Assembly: GCA_016748015.1 (NCBI GenBank)
Contig: JAAOMT010000470.1
Coordinates: forward strand, 87,655 to 151,654
From: Geosiphon pyriformis uo1
Taxonomy: Eukaryota > Fungi > Glomeromycota
Direction of reading: 5' to 3'
Length of the DNA stretch: 64,000 nt
Below are positions 25,065-40,418 of this stretch, in pieces. Every line of letters begins with the position of its first letter. The stretch's first letter is position 1. The notes under the pieces are model-generated. The model was given only the letters and a program-made list of their open reading frames with translations. It was not told the origin of the DNA and ran no database searches. The translations under genes were made by a program, and so were the position numbers.

Positions 25065-28000
25065 TAATAAGCTTGTTTTTAATTAAGTACAAATACAGTA
25101 ATTTTAAATGGTGCTTTATTTAAATAATAAACTATTTTTTATAGATTATAAAATAATTAAACGTTTTTCTTATAAATATTTTAATTAATTTCTGCTGAAA
25201 AAATTTCACGTTAATAAAAACTAGTCAATTTAAAAAAACTGCATGCAAATTTAATGAAAGCATTTATTTTAATTATATATAGTGTTTCGAATTTGCATGT
25301 TTCTTTTTTAAAGTATTTCAAATGCTTTATTATTTCATCATTTTACTTAAATAGTAATTGTTTTTAAAAAACTACTTAACAAAATAACGTAAATTTTTGG
25401 ATTTATTTTAATGCTATTAATTGTAATAAAATATTTGAAAAATTTATAAGTTTTTAACTTAATTTTTGGCGTTCTTTTCGTATCTTAGAATTTTAAATGT
25501 TAAAATATAATAAAAAATAAATTTTAATAATATAACAATATATTTATAATATTTATAACATCTGTTTTCTATTTATAATTTAATTTAATTTAATTTAAAC
25601 AAAATTATAAAAACTTAAATAAATAAATCTTAATATAAATTTAAAGGGTTGTTCAATAAAATTTAACATTATATACTTATTAATATATTTACAAATAACT
25701 CTAAAAAAATTTTATATATTGTTTAAATAATAAAAATTATATTGTTTTAATAAATCAAAATATTAATTTTAGCTTAATTATTAATAAGATGCTTATCATT
25801 TGTGTTTTATTTACATATTGTAAATACTTGAAGTTAATTAAAACAATTAATAAATTTTTTTTTTTACTATTATTTAATTATCTTATTATTTTTTTAGTTT
25901 AAAACCGGTATAATATTTATTTATTATATAGTTGCAATTAAAATAATATTAAATTAATTTAAAACCAATTTAATATTTAAATATTATAGAATTACAACTT
26001 CAAATTACATATTAATAATTAGTTGTAATACTTATTTGTTACATTTGTTATAAATAAAATTTCAGATTTTAAAAATAAAATATGTTATAGTTAACAAATT
26101 ATTTATTTTTGATAATAATAATAATAATATAATTAATTAGTAATTAAAAAACAATTAAATAACCAGATAAATTAATTATATTAAAAATAAATTGTTCTTG
26201 CGAAATTTCAATTGAAATTAGTAAAAGATTTGTTAATTAAAAATGGATTTAAATAGTTTAAAAATATTGCTTAAAATTTATAAATTTTTGATATTGTTTA
26301 AATATGAAAATAAAAAACTAAAACAATTATTTATCATAACAAACCGTTTATAAAATAGTTTTTTACTTAAAGTTATAATATTTTTCTTAATTAAAAATTT
26401 TATTAAAATTAATTAATTGAAATTTTTTATTTCAAGATTAATTATCTATTCCAAGATTTTGGTTGAATATATATATGAAAATGGTTTTTTATTAAAATTA
26501 TACAATTATTAAATTTTTCTAAAAAACCTTTTTTTGGGGTGTGTTAATTTTTTGATTGTAAAAATTGAAAAATTGAAAAAATAATTTATATAAACAAATA
26601 AAATAAGAATAATTTAATGCTTAAAAAGAACTAAAATGAAAACAATTAAATCAAATTTTAAAATTTCAAATAACACGTTTATTAAATAACTTGTGTGAAA
26701 AGTTTAAATATATGCTATTGAATTATTATATTTTAATAAACCAAGAATATTTACAATTTTTTAGCTTTTCAATTTGTATATATTAAAAATATTGGAAAAT
26801 TATACCCAACAAAAAGCAATATAAAAAATTTTATTAAAGTAAATAAAAATATATCAAAATAAAAGATAATAATTAATGTTTACCAAATTAAAATATTTTT
26901 GAAAAAATTGTTATGAATCAAAATAACAAGTTAACAGATAGCAAAAAAGAACAAATATTGTATGATAATAAATGAATTAAAGAGAAATATTCAATAAAAA
27001 GTAAATTAAATTAAATTACAAAATAAGTCTCATAAATATATTAATTACTATTCTTTTAATTGAAATCTAAAAAAGAATAGGCGGTATTATTAACAAAAGA
27101 TAACATAGCTAAATGTAATTCTATGCCGCAATTGATGCTCTTAAAATTCAATGACCGATAGTTTTGATATTTTTCAATAATTATTTATTCAAAAATATTT
27201 TTTAAAGACTAATACAATTACAAATTAAGAAATGAAAAAGAAAGAGAATTATAAATTTTAATTTAAAAGGTTAAAAAAAAATTGGATTGTTATATTTGAT
27301 GAATTATTGTCTTAATTAATTCTAATGTGAATTGATTTTGTAAGATTGATAATTTTTACAGGTATAAAAAGTCTTGTTTATATATATTCTAAAAAAAAAG
27401 ATTGATTAGGTCAATAACCAAGGTAATAGTCAAGTTAATAATTATATTAACTAATTCTAAAAATAAGATGGTAAATATATATAATATTAATGGCTGATAT
27501 CAGTGACTAACTAAAATTGGGTAATTATTAAAAATAATTACGAAAAAATCTAATAAGTAATCAATTAATATAATCAGTTTTATAAAATTACAGTTATGAA
27601 TCTTTTTAAAAATTAAAAAATAACACAACCGCTATGTCTTAATTGACATTCTTAGAATTTAATACTTGTTTATTTAATAATTTTTTTGACTAATACCAAT
27701 CATAATACCAATTCAAAAGAGAATAATGAACTAAAATAAATTATAATATTTTCAAATTTATTGTATATATTATTTATTTTGAGGTTTATTTAAAGTTAAG
27801 GATATAAGTAATTTGAATTTAAATTTCTATTATTAATTCAACATAAAATATTTATACAATTTAATATATTTTATTTCTTATTATTTTCAATCGTTAAAAT
27901 ATTTAAATTTAAAGTTAAAAAAATTAAGTTCGTTATTTTTTTGGATGCTTATTGTAAATAATTATTTTGCATAATTATTTTAAAAATTGACAGATTTAGA

Positions 28001-28850
28001 AATATGAGCACAAGAATATAAAGTAAATTAATAATTTAAAGTTTTTTGAAATAATAATTTCATATAAAATAGTTTTAATTTGTCTATAATAACCAATTTG
28101 AAACCAATAAAATCAAAAAAAAAACTAGAAACAAATTTTATATAAATTCTTTTACTTTTAAAAGTGGTTTTGACATTAAGCCAAAAATTATTCATTAGTA
28201 ATAATATCGAAAGTTACATATGAATTTTTATAATATTACGTATTAATTGACAGAAATATATATAAAAAAATGCAATATGTTTTTGTTTTTTTAATGAATT
28301 ATTATTGATTAAAACAATTTTAAGTCAAGCAAAACATTCAAATATTGGTCAATTTTACATTGAAATATGTTGTTATTTATATTTTCATTAAAAAAGTCTG
28401 AATCAAAAAAACATTTTTAATATTGTTATTTGGAAAAGTTGAAAGTTTCCAAAAAACATAATTTGTTGATGTTTTTCAAATGAATGATAAAACTATTGTT
28501 TAATATTACATTATTGCTTTTTGTTGCCATTTAAGAAGCAATTATAAGTGTTGTTATTCATGTCTTTATAAAAACAAACATTTTGTTACAAATTTAATTT
28601 TAAAAAAATATGCTTCAACACCGAATAAAGACTGGTTAAGATTTTATTACTAGAAAAATGCTTTTGTAACATTTTGTTTAACTCTTTCTAAAATTGAAAA
28701 TTTTTTTTAGCTTATTTAACAAAATAATATTAAATGTTAGTTTTTTTCTTTTATTCTAAACATGAACAAGATATTCATAAGGCAAAATTTCAAAAAAAAT
28801 TCAAGGATTTTCAAAAAGTGACTACAATTAATTACTATTTTTTTTTTGTC
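24600..28850. other. AT-rich hypermutated block, probably eroded TE sequence; includes (AAT)n at about 25032-25063
   Basis: G/C-starved, no ORFs, no recognisable motifs. Confidence 0.55.
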
Positions 28851-29649
28851 TTTATTATTTTTTACCTATAACTTTCCTTTTTGATAAAATGCGGGAATTA
28901 TCACAGGGATAAACATGTTTTATGGCTTCGGTAATATGCAAAGCCCAGTGCATTATTTACTCTGCTTTATGCTGCCGATATATTCGAAGTATGGCAACTT
29001 TAATTTTTTAGTGCCCCAATATCTAAAATAGTTGAAATCTTTGGGGTAGCTCTATCAATCTTTTAATTGAAGATATTCCGCGATTAGTAATTCAGGTTTG
29101 ATTGCAAATATATTGATTTTTAAGTTTTATGCTTTATCAAATCAAATATTTTATATGTACTTATTTCTTCTAACTAAGTTTATTTGTCATGAATAGACCC
29201 TCGCCTACGATATTATTCCTACAATCAGTCTCGCTATAGTTTTAATAATCCATTTAATTTCATTTTATAGCGTTTGATTTAGGTCCGTATTTAAAGTATA
29301 AATGTACATTGCTACCGGTAAAAACCATGGGAAATGAGTGAAATTTATTAAATTCAAATATATATTTATTTGTTGTTAGAATTTATTATAAATTTAGTAA
29401 TATAATAATCTTAATTAATAACAAATACATGTATTTGATTGGCTATGTAAATAATATTCTATCTCATAAAACCATCAACCAGGGCTTGGATACGCAATTG
29501 CTTAATTTATATTTGTCGAAAGACTTTGTATGAAAATTTACTTAAATAATGAAATATATTTTTGCGCCTGAAAAACTCAAATTAATGCCATTTTTCCTTA
29601 TTTATACATTTCAATTATAAATATTTTATTTTCTTTAAGGCTTTTTGTA

Positions 29650-30450
29650 GTAAATCAACTTTTTTTATCTGTAACAAGAAACACACCTTTAATGGCAATA
29701 TCCAAAGTCGATATTGTGATTCTACGTTTCCCTTTTCAAGAGTCTCATTAACATCGTACCCATAATAACAACAATATCCAAGTTGATGTTGTGCTTCGGC
29801 GTTTCCCTATCCTCCTGCTTTGGTATACAATCTAGCCGCTTCTTCAAAATTCTCGGTAACACCTTCCCCATTATGATGACAATATCAAATTGATTTTTTG
29901 CTTCTGTATTTCCCTTTTCTGCTGCTTTGGTATACCATCTAACCACTTATTCAAGATTCTCATTAACACCGTACTCATTGAAATAGCAAGTCCAAGAGGG
30001 AATTCAATGTTGGAGCTATTATCAGGCCATCCCAACATTTTTTATAAAGTGCAACATATTCACTTGGTGTGTTATCGATTGGCTTTTCTCGGTAACCATA
30101 AAGAATTTTTCCTAAAATGGAAATTTATTTTAAGATAAATATAAAAATGAATAATTTTCTTACACCCAATATTAGAAGGTATAATACTTTTGAAGGGTGG
30201 GTGGTTGCCCACTTGTCAATTCCCATAAAGAACCCCAAGAGCGTAAATGTGTATCTTGTATACATTAAATGCAACTTGTCCCATAGGCTGGGTGGTTGAG
30301 CCGAAGAGGTCATCCAAATTTTATTGAAATGCCAAAGTCAGCTATTTTTATTGTTTTATTGTGCACCAAAATATTAATGAATTTAAAGAAATTAATCTTG
30401 TCATAGAATCAAATTTAAAAAATTTTTGCATGTCGACATTTCGCTGCAAC
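29650..30450 (-). pseudogene. TKL-type protein kinase plus Sel1-repeat pseudogene
   Basis: NILVHNKTIKIADFGIS (about 30330-30375), IYALGVL/WELTSGQPP, REKPIDNTPSEYVALYKKCWDG, then Sel1 units (VRWYTKAAEKGNTEA); frameshifts and deletions. Confidence 0.88.
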
Positions 30451-31661
30451 TAAATTCTCTAGAATAAATATTCGACAATATGTTCTTAGCTATGATGTTT
30501 ATGATAATTTATGTTCTTTATTAACCTATTTTTGGACTCTGTGATCGCATTGCTCTTGTTAATTGCCTGTATGATGACTTAGAGATTTCGTCACATCTAT
30601 GTTTTCCCAAAATCTAAAATCTATCGTTACCAAGATCTTCAAATTTCTAATTAGAGATTGAAGCGCATTTTTTAAGGTATCAGCGAGAAAATAGCTGGAT
30701 AAATTTGTGTTCTAAAACTTGATATTGTAATTTCAAATAATTAAGAATTTAAAATAAAAAAATAAATTTTTAATGACAATTTAAATAATAAAATTCTACC
30801 AATTTTATGTGTTTATAACAAAATTTAGAATTAAATAAAATAATTTTTTAAATAAAAGATGATTTTTCTTATTTCATTAATTATTATTAACCACTAATAT
30901 TATTATTTATATTTTTATCTTAAATTAAAACCAAAACTTGAAATAAATTATATTAATACATTTTATTCTTACAGTAAAAATATATATGTACTTTTTTCTA
31001 ATAATCAAAAAAAACTTACTCAATATAAATTGAAGTAAAATCTTTTCAATTATTTGAAAAATTAAAAGTTTTTAAAAATATCTTGAAACTGAAAAAATTC
31101 AACACATGTTTCAAAAAGAGTTTGTTTAAATCTAGATTTGTTTCCAAATTCTGATCATGTTTCGGTTTAAAATGAATGATGCAATTTGATACTTTTTCTC
31201 AATTTATTCCTGATATTTTTATCACACTAGCAAATTGTTTTATAATAAAAATTTTCTCTATCAAAAGCCTCTTTTTAAAGACAATATTTGATTTTTGAAA
31301 AAGTTCGAAATTGAATTTTTTTTTCTGAAATTCAGAATTCTTTCAAAATCGGAAAAACTCAAATATGTTTGATAAAAACACATGATTGTTTTTCCAATTG
31401 TGAATCAACGTATTGAAAAAAAAAGCAAATTTGAAAGTCAACCATTGTTTTATTTGATAAAATATTTGCAAATAACAAAATTATTTTATATTCATAATTT
31501 TAAACGTTATAATTTATATTTAGGAATTTTATAAAATAATTGTATTTGTTGGCAATTTTATATTTTCTCTTAATCTTGACATTAACTTTGAACCATCGGT
31601 TTAATTTTCATACATAATAGCATAATAAAAATAAAATAAAATTCGAAGCTGAAATTTCCGT

Positions 31662-34600
31662 TTATATCGAACTTAACTCACTCATCTCTTCGGGTTTGAC
31701 GTGTAACCATAGGCTCTTAACACGAAACCAAAGAAAGACGCTATAAAGTCGAGATATTAAATTCATCGATAAAATTATTGAGCTCATAGTGAGACTCATT
31801 AGAGGAATATTATCAAAGGCCAAAGTATGATGCTGATATAAAACCTAGTTGAAAATTATTGTATAAGAGAGATTGAATTTTATCAAGCATTGAAGTGCTT
31901 CATTTGATTAAAAAGTACCTGAATTGTAAACTGTCCAATATCCTCAATAAAAATATTCAAAAAACCACCCCAGAAGATTAAATTTTCAACTCTCTTAGAT
32001 ATTGGGGCACTAAAAAGACCAAAATTGGCGTACGCTGAATATAAAATATTCAGAGCACCAATATTAGCGCCAGAGAGTAAAGTAAATAACGCAGTGAGCT
32101 TTCCGTATTGCCGAAACCATGCAGCATATTCATTATTTGTGATAATTTCTGTGATTATAGTGTACCCTGCGAATCCACTATTGAAAAGTAAAGATATAGC
32201 TAGAACTGATATGCTGATTGATAAAAAAAAATTATTAACATTTTTGCCGATTTTCAAGGAATTTACTAAAAATTTAAAAACCTTGAGGTACCTTGGTAAT
32301 ATATAAAAATCTTACAACTCTTCCGTTGTTTATAACGAATGCGATGTCGAGTATCAAATCCATTAGAGCCAATGTAAAAGAAACGACTGCAAAGCTGTTA
32401 CCCTAAATTAATAGTTATCAAATATTCTTTTAATTATAAGATTTGTAATAATAATTCGTATAGTATAGCTGCAAAAAAAGGTAAATACCTGAGGATTTTT
32501 TTTTCTTCCTATAAAATATAGAGCCATTAGAGTAATAGCAATAATAGCGATCCCAATTAATTTAAATTTGATTTCTTCCCAAAGATTAGCTGCAAATTTT
32601 AGTAGCTAAAAAAGTAAATAGATATAAATTTCATAAAACTCAAATTTTAAAACTAAAAATATGCCTCACGTGTAACTTGGAATCCGAATTTCTCATCTAA
32701 GAAAGCCGTGTGTGGATATTTGGAAAAACCAGTTGCCCATTTATTCTCGAGTATTATCTTGAGATCTTCTGCAATTTTCATGGGATTCCTTGAATTGCTT
32801 TCTGATAAAATCCGAAGTTGTAATATTTCCCAACTTTTTGAATCTGATCTATCAGTCTTATGATCCATGATTTTGATACCCTTCCTTTCAACTGGAATGG
32901 TTAAAGCCAATTGATCTTCAAGTTTTCCGAAAAATTCTTTCTCTTCAGTCTTCGTGAAATTCTCAGTTCCCTCTTGATTCAGACGCAAGAGTCCAGTTAG
33001 GTCTTAAAATCAACAATAAAATTGTTATGTATTTAGTTGAATGGCTACATTGAAAATTTTCTAACAGAAATAAACGATATACTCTTACTTCTATGAATTA
33101 TTTTTTGGTTTTTTAGATCTTTCAAACAAAAGCAATCAATGAATCAATGAGTGAATGAAGGAATGAAGGAATGAGCAATTAATTAAACTTAAAAAATAGA
33201 TTTCTCCATAAGGTAAAAAAATATGTACCTTTTTCTGTTTTAAATCGCCAGATATTTCTACCGATTCCCCTATAGGCATCATTATGCTCTAGATCTTTAA
33301 CAAAATTATTATCGACCACTATAAAATATTCTGTCTCAAGTTCATTAAATGTGCTATTAAATAAAGTCACTGTGACGGTTTTATCATCCACACTACAATA
33401 GGGTGGATTTCCAGAAAGAGTCTGCCTCAGAATTGGTGCAGTAAGATTGACTTGATAAACTGAAATATTATGATTGTTGTTGTTGGATAATGTAGTTTTA
33501 TTGTAATAAGTGATGTTTATTTTGTTCCACCTCAATGAAATATTTTTTGCGTTAAGTGAAGGGTAAGTAGTGTTAATTAAAAAATTTTTATATCCATTGT
33601 TTCCAGTGTCTGCTCAAATAAAAAATTAATAAATATCATACAAATCTACCAAAAATACTACATTTCAATTCAATCTTACCATTTAAGAAATGTGGTAAAT
33701 ATCCGGAATATATTGTAAGATTGTTCTCCCCTAGTGTAGCAACCAAGAAAGTATTGTTTGGTAAGACATTCCAATTGGATTTCGAAAATTCTGGAATGCT
33801 CAATGAATCGTTATAGCTTCCAGATTGGTTATATAAACATAAAGTGGGATACGTGGTTATTGTCCGATCCAAAGGTTTCATTTATTTTTCCGCCAAAAGC
33901 CAGTGATATCGATTTACCACTGTCATAGAGCTCGTCATATTTTAATACTCCTCCATTCCTAAGAAATACTATTTGAAATTTAGGGTTTTTTTCTGTCACA
34001 GGTTTATTTTTTATTTTCAACAGGTTACAATAATAACCCAAATCCGCCGTTTGAGCACCACATTCTATAATTCTCAAATCGTTTTCATCGTCTTCATCGA
34101 GTAGATAATGAGGACCAAAATAAGTTATTTCTGGCTTCCAAAATGTAACATACATCAAAGATCGCGTTATGTTTGCATCGAGAGAATTATTAACAACATA
34201 TGCAAATCCAAAGCCTCCTTCAATTGTTTGAAATAATTGACAGGAATCTAAATGCGATGTCAAATTTCTTTTCAATCCAAACTTTCCATCATAAATCTGA
34301 TTGAACGTTTCATTTGATTTAGTCCTAGATGTATATAGAGAATGATTTAAGAACCATATTAAATTGTTCCGAGATCTTATATGTACCAACTTACGGATTA
34401 TTATAAATAGTCCACTTTATCATGTTCTCATACGGTAGATAATTCGCAATACAGAATTTATCGTGGATATCATTTCTTATTGATATAAGGTTTATGCCTA
34501 ATTCTATACCACTGTATAAAGTGTTGTGAATTATCAATAAAACTTTTAGTTTTAAAATTCAGCAAGTTTTTATCTTTGAGAGTTATTTTAAAAAAAAACC

Positions 34601-34994
34601 TTTGAATTAGTGTTCCATTCCACGAAAATATTTTTCCCAATTTTCCCTTGCTACATTCACATTCATATTCCACCAAAAGATAATCAGCGTTAAGAATGTA
34701 AATATGAGTTATTTTACTCGTGTCTCCATAATTTGTTTCATTATTTTGAATAAGACTGCCGTTAAATGTAAGCTGGAAGTATGCTCCATAAGGTTGTTTA
34801 TCACATTTTATTATGATTTTTTCATCTTGGATGAACGTTTGTATGTCGACAACCGAATTAAGTCTCTTTGGAACAATTATGAATGCGCTTTGATTTAAAT
34901 GTAAATTACTTTTAATAGTTGAAATAACAAAACTCAAGGATATCAAAATAATTAATTGATAATAATTGAAATAAACGGTTGAGAAAAACTCCAT
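31662..34994 (-). CDS. Large-ectodomain multipass membrane protein of a glomeromycete-expanded family; two apparent +1 frameshifts (recent pseudogene or homopolymer errors)
   Basis: About 10 GT-AG exons traced (34994-34600, 34511-34395, 34324-33680, 33609-33229, 33118-33089, then five more to TAA at 31662); N-terminal hydrophobic leader; Ig-like NISVYQ..LRQT..YFIVVDNNFVKD; GLLRLNQEGT; several TM helices with IEDIGQ; frame breaks near 33835 and 32305. Confidence 0.75.
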
Positions 34995-35244
34995 AATTTT
35001 TTAAAAGTTATTATGTTTGCAGAATAATTTTTAAATGGGTTGGCTCTTTTGTTTTCCTAATTTTTCAATTTTTTATATCTTTTATTATCGAAATTATTGG
35101 AATTTAAATCCAGTTAAGATTATATCCATCTCATACTAACTAGTTTGCAAAAAAAAAAGATTACTAGAAGGATCTAAAAATACTAATTCTTTGATATTGC
35201 CTTTTAAAGTCGACCAATAGAGTTTATGCAAATTAGCCTAATCA

Positions 35245-35850
35245 CAAGCACAAAATTAACTTGGATGTTACTATTATAATGGGAAAGGTGTTATCGAGAA
35301 TTTCGAAGAAGCAGTCGGATGGTATACCAAAGCAGTAGAAAAGGTAAATACAGAAGCACAATATCAACTTGGATATTGCCATTATAATGGAGAAGGTATT
35401 ACCGAGAATTTTGAAGAAGCGGCTAGATGGTAGCCAAAGTAGCAGAACAGAGAAATGCAGAGGCACAACATCAACTTGTATATTGCTATTATTTTGGGTA
35501 TGGTGTTAATGAGAATCTTGAAGAAGCAGTGAGATGGTATACCAAAGCAGCAGAGCAGAAAAACATAGACGCCTAATGTATACTTGGGATTCTGTATTTC
35601 AGGGGCATGGTGTTACCAAAAATTTTGAGAAAGGAATTGAATCGAAGAAATGTGAAGGTGCAATATGAACTTGGGTCTTGCTATTATAATGAGGAAGGAG
35701 TGAAACAGAATAATGAAATAGCATTTGAATAGATAACTAAAGCAGCCAAGCAAGAAATGAACTTGCCCAATATGCACTTGGATGTTGCTATTATAATGGG
35801 TATTGTGTTGCCGAAAAATCTTGAGAAAGCAATTGAATGGAATCAAATAT
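35245..35850 (+). pseudogene. Sel1-repeat pseudogene fragment (about 5 repeats)
   Basis: 36-aa units AQYQLGYCHYNGEGITENFEEAARW*, AQHQLVYCYYFGYGVNENLEEAVRWYTKAAEQ with stops; inverted homolog of 29700-29990. Confidence 0.88.
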
Positions 35851-37399
35851 TGAAATAAAGCTTGTTAAAATTTTAATAGTCTTCAAATTATTTTGAATAT
35901 ATATTGAAGGAAACGAAAAATAAAAAGAAATTAAGGAATTTCGACAATAGTTTAAGAACAAATATCTGCAATTGGAATAACATATTGCTTCACGTATCAT
36001 GAAAAAAACATTTTTAATCACTTTAAAATATATTTATTCTCAAACAATTCAGTGCATATTAAATTTATTCCACGTACTCTTTCAATTCATAAACGATTCT
36101 AATCATAATACAATTCGAAGATACCTATTTGCTAGCAGTAACTTTCTTTTAAATAAGCATCTTAAATGAAATATAAGCACAATTTGAAATAATCTATCCT
36201 AAAAAACATTTTGAGTATGGACTACCTTTTTCTTCTCCCCCCACCTCCTCCATAAATTTATCAGCGCTTGAGAAAAATATTTCATCATCATTATGGAAGA
36301 AGTTCAAAGTCTAAAAATTTACCAATTTTAAAATTAAGCAAAAGGATCGTATATTTCTAGATGGGGAGCTAGATCCTTATTACTTAATATCTTATGTATC
36401 GCTGGGATTATATTGAATTTGAGTATTAGTTTTTTATACATTATGTGAAGTTATAATTTAAAAAGCACCTGTGCATAATTAATAGTTGAAAACTTGTAAA
36501 AATGCCGATTATCTTCATACTAAATGCTATTTTTTGAATCCTTCTGACCCACATATGTTACTCATACCAGTTACAATTTATTCATATTTCAGAATTATAT
36601 ATATTATTAAATGTATTTAATTTTCTAGAATTGCTGTCAATTATTAATAGATTTTATTTATTTTGAATACTAAGTTTAATGAAAAGATCAAAGGAAAATA
36701 ATACCGTTAACCATATTGATCTGAGAAATTATAACCTATTTTGGACTTGGGTTAATTTGTGTAATTTTTTGGTGGCTTGTAATATTAATTTATCATAAAT
36801 ACATAAATATATATATTTTCTCTAATAATTATGTAAAAAATTACAGTTTAATCCCTTTAGATAAATAAATATTTCGATAAAAAACGCTTTAGAATTGATA
36901 ATCTCACTTAATATTGAATCATTTTTATATCAAGATCTTGAATTTTACAAATATATAATTATACAAAACTTGGTGATAACAATATAAAATCAATTCGAAT
37001 ACAACTTCAAGTTACCAATATTATGAGTTATTTATTCACAAATTAAGTATTCTTTCATATCAAATAAATTTTAATCAATTATAATATTGAATTTTTTAGT
37101 TTTTTTAATAATGTATTTTTAATATTATTAGAATATTTTCCAATTATAATATTATTATTTTACTTTTTTTTGTATAAAAAAACATAAATTAATATTGAAT
37201 ATATTGTTAAAATTACATTAAGTTTTTAATTAATAAAAAACCAAATATTTTTAAGATAAAACTTTTTAATTGACATATATTTGCTAATTTTCAATATATT
37301 TTATAAACGTTATAACTTTATTTCTAATGCATAAACCGAAAAAATTGTCATAAAAATTTTCAAGTTTCTAGAAATTTTTTCAATTTTTTTTTTGAAATT

Positions 37400-38950
37400 A
37401 AGTAATTAATTTAATAAACAACTATTAAATAAATAATTTATCACAACTTTTTTAGCATAACACTTTAATAAAAGTTTTATTTAAACCAAAATAGATAGTT
37501 TTTCAAATTAAAGCCAGGTGTTTTAAACTTTAATACTTGTAACAACACCAAAATTTATGAATTTTTTACCAAATATATTTTTTTTTTAAATACTAATTTT
37601 AACAATAACAATATTAAAAACTTTCTGAAACTTAAAAATAATAATAGTGTATTTTTTTTAATAATTTAACTTAGATAATTAAAAAACAATAATATGTTTA
37701 AATAGTATTTCTATAATTAAATTAATAATCTTATAGACTGTATAGTTAAAAAAAAGTTTACCAATATAGTCTTAAAATTATTTTTTCTTCTTAATAATAA
37801 TTAATAATTAACAGCATAGACAATAAGAGCAAAGTTTTTAAAATAAACAATAGCATAGTGCTGCAAACTAGTAAACTTTAATTAAGCAACAACAATAATC
37901 TTGCCCAATACTTCAAAAGCATCTTTAATGTTATTAAAAATGTGTTAAATAAAATATTAATTAAAAAATATTTTTAATATAAGCTACTTTAATTTTAATA
38001 AAAGCATTGAATACTAAACAAAAAACTATTTACTTAAAGAATTTCTAATAACTAGTAATAATTTTTTAGTGAGTAGATACAATATTAGAGACTATAACTA
38101 TTTTAGAAAAAAAAAAGATGTTTGAATTTTATAACTTTGGTAATTGATAAATGTATTTTTAAAACAAAAAATAATTTGCTAAAAATGACTGTATTAAACA
38201 ATAGAGTCAAATTTTAATCCATCTTTATCTTAATAAACAAAATATGGTTGTTAATATTCAAATTAAAAAAAATTGTTGCTTACAGCTAAATTAGAACTTA
38301 TTGCCATAATTGGTGTTAATAAGATAAAACTGTTAAAAACATCAAAAGTGGATAAAAAACCAAAGCGCTATTTTTAAAAAAGAAAAACCAGATTTAAATA
38401 AATATATAATAGACTTAAAATTCTCAAAAAACGCAGAACTGGTGAATTATGTAATTCTAAGAGAAATTTTTTTTTTTTGGTTTTATCTTTTATAAAACAT
38501 ATAATGGTAAACCTACTTTAGTTTTTTTAGGCAATGTAATTAAAATCTCAAGTTCAATCACTAATCTTTAACCAATTTTGACTTTGTTTACACTATTTAT
38601 TTCTCAATTATATTTTTACTGATGTCACAATTAGACGGTTTGCTTTCAGAAAATGTTCAAGCATGTTTGTTGTTACCATATTCTTTAAAACTTTTAACAA
38701 GTTTGAGTATCCTATCGGTTATATTCATGATATCTTGTGTTTTGCTATTTTATCTTTTTGTTGTCATTTCGAATTGTTTTGCTGCTAAAAAAATTCTGAG
38801 CAAAAGGCTTTTATTTTTGAATTATGTGAGATAATTGGGATAATAATTTTAAATAATTAACTAAAGAGAATAATTAATAAACTAGCAACTTTGCTATAAG
38901 CTGCATTTTTAAGTGGTTTTTTATTTTTTGATGTTTAAGAGATCAAGCAT
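37400..38950 (-). mobile_element. Hypermutated LINE ORF1 relic (second family)
   Basis: Eroded RRM-like stretch (LKFTSLQHYAIVYF) and CCHC-knuckle-like remnant (CCYKY*SLKHLALI), matching the ORF1 layout at 53.6-54.1 kb. Confidence 0.6.
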
Positions 38951-40418
38951 TTTTTTAATGGTACTTATAAAATTATAACATAATAATTTTTAAACTAATT
39001 TTTTTTTAAAAACTCTTATTTTTTGATCTCTTAATAGTGTTTATATATTAATTATTTTTACATGTCAAATTTTACCACTATTTGTTAGTATTCTAAAAAA
39101 ACCAATAATGAAATTGCTCAAAAACTTTATTTCTATTTATTCAAACAACTTTAACATTTGATAAATTTACTATTTGTGCAAAAATAATTAACCAATTTTA
39201 TAAACAATATTTAAACAAACCAAAAACTCCATTTTTATAAAGTAAGCACTTAAAAAAAATAATGTCGCTATTTAAAATTTTTAATCATTTTTTAAAAAAC
39301 AATAATCAAAATTTTTTTACGTGCTTTAGTTTCTCTATTATTTTCAGTCTCGTTATCACATTATTATTTTAGTCACATTGTTATTTTTTATTCATATTAT
39401 TTTTTCAGTTATCTCAAATTATTTGATTACATTATTAATTATTTAGTTGATTTTTCATTTTATTAATCATTTTCTAATCATATTATTATTTAACAATTCA
39501 TTTGTTAAATATTTTTGATATATATAAAATCAAATTTTTATCTTTTTCCTGAGAATATTTTTTTAGGGGATATTGAATTTATAGATTTTTAGCTTTAATT
39601 CTAATTCATTTATTTACCAGTCAGAATTGTATTAAAATAAAAATAAGGATTATTTGAAAATTTGTACTTTCTTACTATTATTTATTATTATATTATCTAA
39701 TCGATAGAAAAACTTTAAAATTAAGATACTTTTTTTAATCTTTGAAGAACAATTTTGTAATCAATAAGTGTTCAAAATAAAGGTCGCATTTTTGACTATC
39801 AGGATATGATTCTCTATAATATTTAATTAAATTTCGACATTCCAGTATTACAATAGTAAGCTTTAATATGATAGATATTTCACAGATAAACTTTATCTTA
39901 AATCCGCATCAGATACATAATAAATATATAAAGGATCCATGTCATCGCATTTTTGTTGAGAAATCAAATATATGTATAATATTTAACTAATAAATATTAT
40001 TTATCAATATGCTTTCCATAATATTTTATTTCTTTTGGGATTCCATTTATCATTGGTTCATAGTGTGTTAAAATGGCAATTACCGATTTACAAATTTTTA
40101 TTATATACAGTTATTAATCAGTTTAATTATATTATTAAAATATAATTACTGTAATTAATAACTAGTTTTAAGGATTAAAGTAATCTTTTATATAATGCTA
40201 TTCTAATTAACTATTTATTGGGACTAACTACATGGCTACCAGTAATTTCAAACTACTTAATAGGATAAGAGAAACAAAGATATTTAAATTCTAACAAAAT
40301 TTTGCAAATTCAGTTTATTCATTGTGTGAATATATATCTATATTAGTGATGAAATTTTATATTTGAAATTTAGAATCTATCATTATTTATGATTATTTCA
40401 AATTTCATGTGCAAATTC

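Noticed and set aside
28880-29520. Possible gene fragment, or mirror of 36.1-36.9 kb
   Set aside because: CpG-retaining but no motif or inverted homology that I could establish
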